DNA of 29,237 nt from Clostridiaceae bacterium (GTDB taxonomy: Bacteria > Bacillota > Clostridia > Saccharofermentanales > DTU023), in NCBI GenBank assembly GCA_012799825.1, contig JAAZKK010000050.1, positions 1-29,237 of the forward strand, written 5' to 3'. The notes beneath the pieces were generated by a model that saw nothing but the letters and a program-made list of their open reading frames with translations, did not search any database and was not told the origin of the DNA. This document shows positions 27,437 through 29,237 of the stretch, piece by piece (position 1 is the stretch's first letter; each line of letters starts with the position of its first letter). The position numbers were made by a program, and so were the translations under genes.

Positions 27437-28567
27437 TTGTCTTATCAATACTTATCGTATAGCGTTCTACGTCAGTTTTGTGTGGATGTTTTTCAACGGT
27501 TTGGCTTTACCGAAAGTGAAGCATACATCATTCAAGATGTTCTATTATCGAGCGATTTAAGCGGTATAGAATCACACGGCATCCAACGCATGGTTCGCTA
27601 TCATAAAGGCATAGAAAAGGGCATGATTGATGTGCACGCCAAGCGTGAAATTGTGTTTGAGACGCCTATTTCCGCCGTCTTCGATGCGCATAACGGGATG
27701 GGACAGCTTGCGGGATATTATGCTATGGAACTTGCAATCCAGAAAGCAAAGGCGAACGGTGTGAGCATCGTAACTGTGCGCAATTCAAACCACTTTGGCA
27801 TTGCGGGATACTATGCGAAAATGGCTTGCAATCAAGGATTGATTGGGCTTTGTTGCACCAATTCGACTGCGATTATGGTACCTACATACGGACGGGTTGC
27901 TATGCTAGGCTCCAATCCCATCGCGTGCGCATTCCCCGCGGAACCAAATGATTTTCTGTTTGATTCGTCCACTACCGTGGTCACGCGTGGCAAATTGGAA
28001 GTTTACGATAAAATGCAGATACCGCTCCTTGAGGGATGGGCACTGGATAAAGACGGCCATCCTTCTACTGATGCATCGGACGTTCTTGCCAACATCGCCG
28101 GTAAAAATGGAGGTGGCATTATGCCTGTCGGCGGAAACAAGGAAGAGCTGGGCTCCCACAAAGGCTATGGCTTTGCCATGCTGTGCGAAATCTTCTCCTC
28201 TATTCTGTCGCTTGGTTGCACTTCTGATGAATGCAACATAAATAACAAAGGTGGTATTTGCCATGGTTTCATGGTTATCAATCCCGCGCTCTTTGGCGAT
28301 GCCGAACAGATCAAACAGCATTTATCCTCGTATCTTTGCAAGATTCGCAATTCACCAAAAGCAGAGGGGCAAACACGCATCTACACGCACGGAGAGAAAG
28401 AGCTTGAGGCAATTGCCCGAGCCAAAGCACACGGCATCCCCGTTCAAGACAATACCATCATGGAACTATCCAATTTGTGCGATTACTTGGATTTGGATTT
28501 TACTGAATATTTTGGTGAACAGTTTTTGAATTTCAAAGACAGTGGGTATACCAGTCAGTACTCTTAA
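27437..28567 (+). CDS. Ldh family (malate/L-lactate/ureidoglycolate dehydrogenase type, AllD/YlbC-like) oxidoreductase
   Basis: 376 aa; SGIESHGIQRMVRYHKGIEKG, TVRNSNHFGIAGYYAKMA, IMVPTYGRVAMLGSNPIACAFPA, GSHKGYGFAMLCEI; TTG start with GAGGAGG. Confidence 0.9.
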   Translation: MSYQYLSYSVLRQFCVDVFQRFGFTESEAYIIQDVLLSSDLSGIESHGIQRMVRYHKGIEKGMIDVHAKREIVFETPISAVFDAHNGMGQLAGYYAMELAIQKAKANGVSIVTVRNSNHFGIAGYYAKMACNQGLIGLCCTNSTAIMVPTYGRVAMLGSNPIACAFPAEPNDFLFDSSTTVVTRGKLEVYDKMQIPLLEGWALDKDGHPSTDASDVLANIAGKNGGGIMPVGGNKEELGSHKGYGFAMLCEIFSSILSLGCTSDECNINNKGGICHGFMVINPALFGDAEQIKQHLSSYLCKIRNSPKAEGQTRIYTHGEKELEAIARAKAHGIPVQDNTIMELSNLCDYLDLDFTEYFGEQFLNFKDSGYTSQYS

Positions 28568-28719
28568 AGAAATGGAGTAGAAGTAGATTTCCTTACGAAT
28601 TGAATGGTTCGTTAAGCGCTGTTCTGTACTAATTGAAACAGCGTTTGATGGATCCGGAGCTTCAGACAAAAACAGCCGACCTAGATGCTTAGTATTATAA
28701 ATAAAAATCTAGGAACGTC

Positions 28720-28910
28720 GTGGAAGATACAACACCAGATAGATACATGTCCGGAAGGATACACCGCTAATAAGATTCACCGCAGGGAAGATATATGGCC
28801 AAAGAGATTCAAGGCCTAAAAGGTTACAACACCGGAAAGATAAATGGGCAAAAAAGATACACCGCCGGAAGGATGCATGAGCAAAAAGATATACCGCCGG
28901 AGCCTCTGCC
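28720..28910. repeat. About 32-bp degenerate tandem repeat (AAAAGATACACCGCCGGAAGGATGCATGGGC-like)
   Basis: AGATACAACACCAGATAGATACATGTCC, AAGATTCACCGCAGGGAAGATATATGGCC, AAGGTTACAACACCGGAAAGATAAATGGGC, AAAGATACACCGCCGGAAGGATGCATGAGC, AAAGATATACCGCCGGAGCC. Confidence 0.75.
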
Positions 28911-28919
28911 ATAACTACA

Positions 28920-29063
28920 CCATCTCATGAACTTAGCAACACAAACGGAGCCTCGATCATGGCGCAGCCTTCTCATGAACCTAGCAATACAAACGGAACC
29001 TCGATCATGGCAAAGCCATCTTTCGAATCTAGCGACACAAGCGGAGCCCCTGCCATGACCGCA
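28920..29063 (+). repeat. 48-bp tandem repeat, 3 clear copies plus partial
   Basis: 28920-28967 CCATCTCATGAACTTAGCAACACAAACGGAGCCTCGATCATGGCGCAG; 28968-29015 CCTTCTCATGAACCTAGCAATACAAACGGAACCTCGATCATGGCAAAG; 29016-29063 CCATCTTTCGAATCTAGCGACACAAGCGGAGCCCCTGCCATGACCGCA. Confidence 0.9.
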
Positions 29064-29237
29064 TCATCTCACGAAACCAACGACAACGAATATCATGACG
29101 AGTTTACGAGGGCGATCCCTGATGAATCGCTGTACAAGCACTATGCGTTCGATGTAGAGACGATAAGGAGGATGCGAAAAAATGGTGTCCCGAGTTTTGA
29201 GTACAGTTACACATGTGGCAATCCCGGTTGTCAATTT
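28959..29237 (+). CDS. Partial ORF running off the right edge, repeat-bearing N-terminus
   Basis: Open frame MAQPSHEPSNTNGTSIMAKPSFESSDTSGAPAMTASSHETNDNEYHDEFTRAIPDESLYKHYAFDVETIRRMRKNGVPSFEYSYTCGNPGCQF...; frame is open from about 28880, start uncertain. Confidence 0.45.
   Translation, partial: MAQPSHEPSNTNGTSIMAKPSFESSDTSGAPAMTASSHETNDNEYHDEFTRAIPDESLYKHYAFDVETIRRMRKNGVPSFEYSYTCGNPGCQF

Overview
The window has the character of a Bacillota/Clostridia-like chromosome (AGGAGG-type ribosome-binding sites, a T-box leader, LytR-CpsA-Psr and XRE proteins). The left third is sparse. It holds a DsrE-like protein, two flavodoxin-fold/FMN-reductase-like proteins, an XRE regulator with a hexapeptide-repeat linker and two transmembrane segments, a poly-Thr lipoprotein, and a tryptophanase/tyrosine phenol-lyase family enzyme behind a well-formed T-box antiterminator/terminator. 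The centre (about 10.1-21.0 kb) is a compact metabolic operon. It combines YhfX-, YhfS-, YhfW- and (divergent) YhfZ-like genes with ATP-dependent hydantoinase/oxoprolinase HyuA+HyuB, an NCS1/CodB-like permease and a kinase-fold protein. This is my best candidate for a previously undescribed system. A decayed IS110-family transposase lies just beyond it. The right third is housekeeping (queH, ruvB, ruvA, ruvC, LCP-family gene, rpsT, an Ldh/AllD-family dehydrogenase) followed by a repeat-rich edge. A second theme is the number of degenerate tandem repeats (about 18, 19, 24, 28, 32, 40, 48 and 84 bp periods). Several look like decayed duplications of the 3' end of the neighbouring gene. All calls come from reading the sequence and the supplied ORF track; no searches or folding programs were run.
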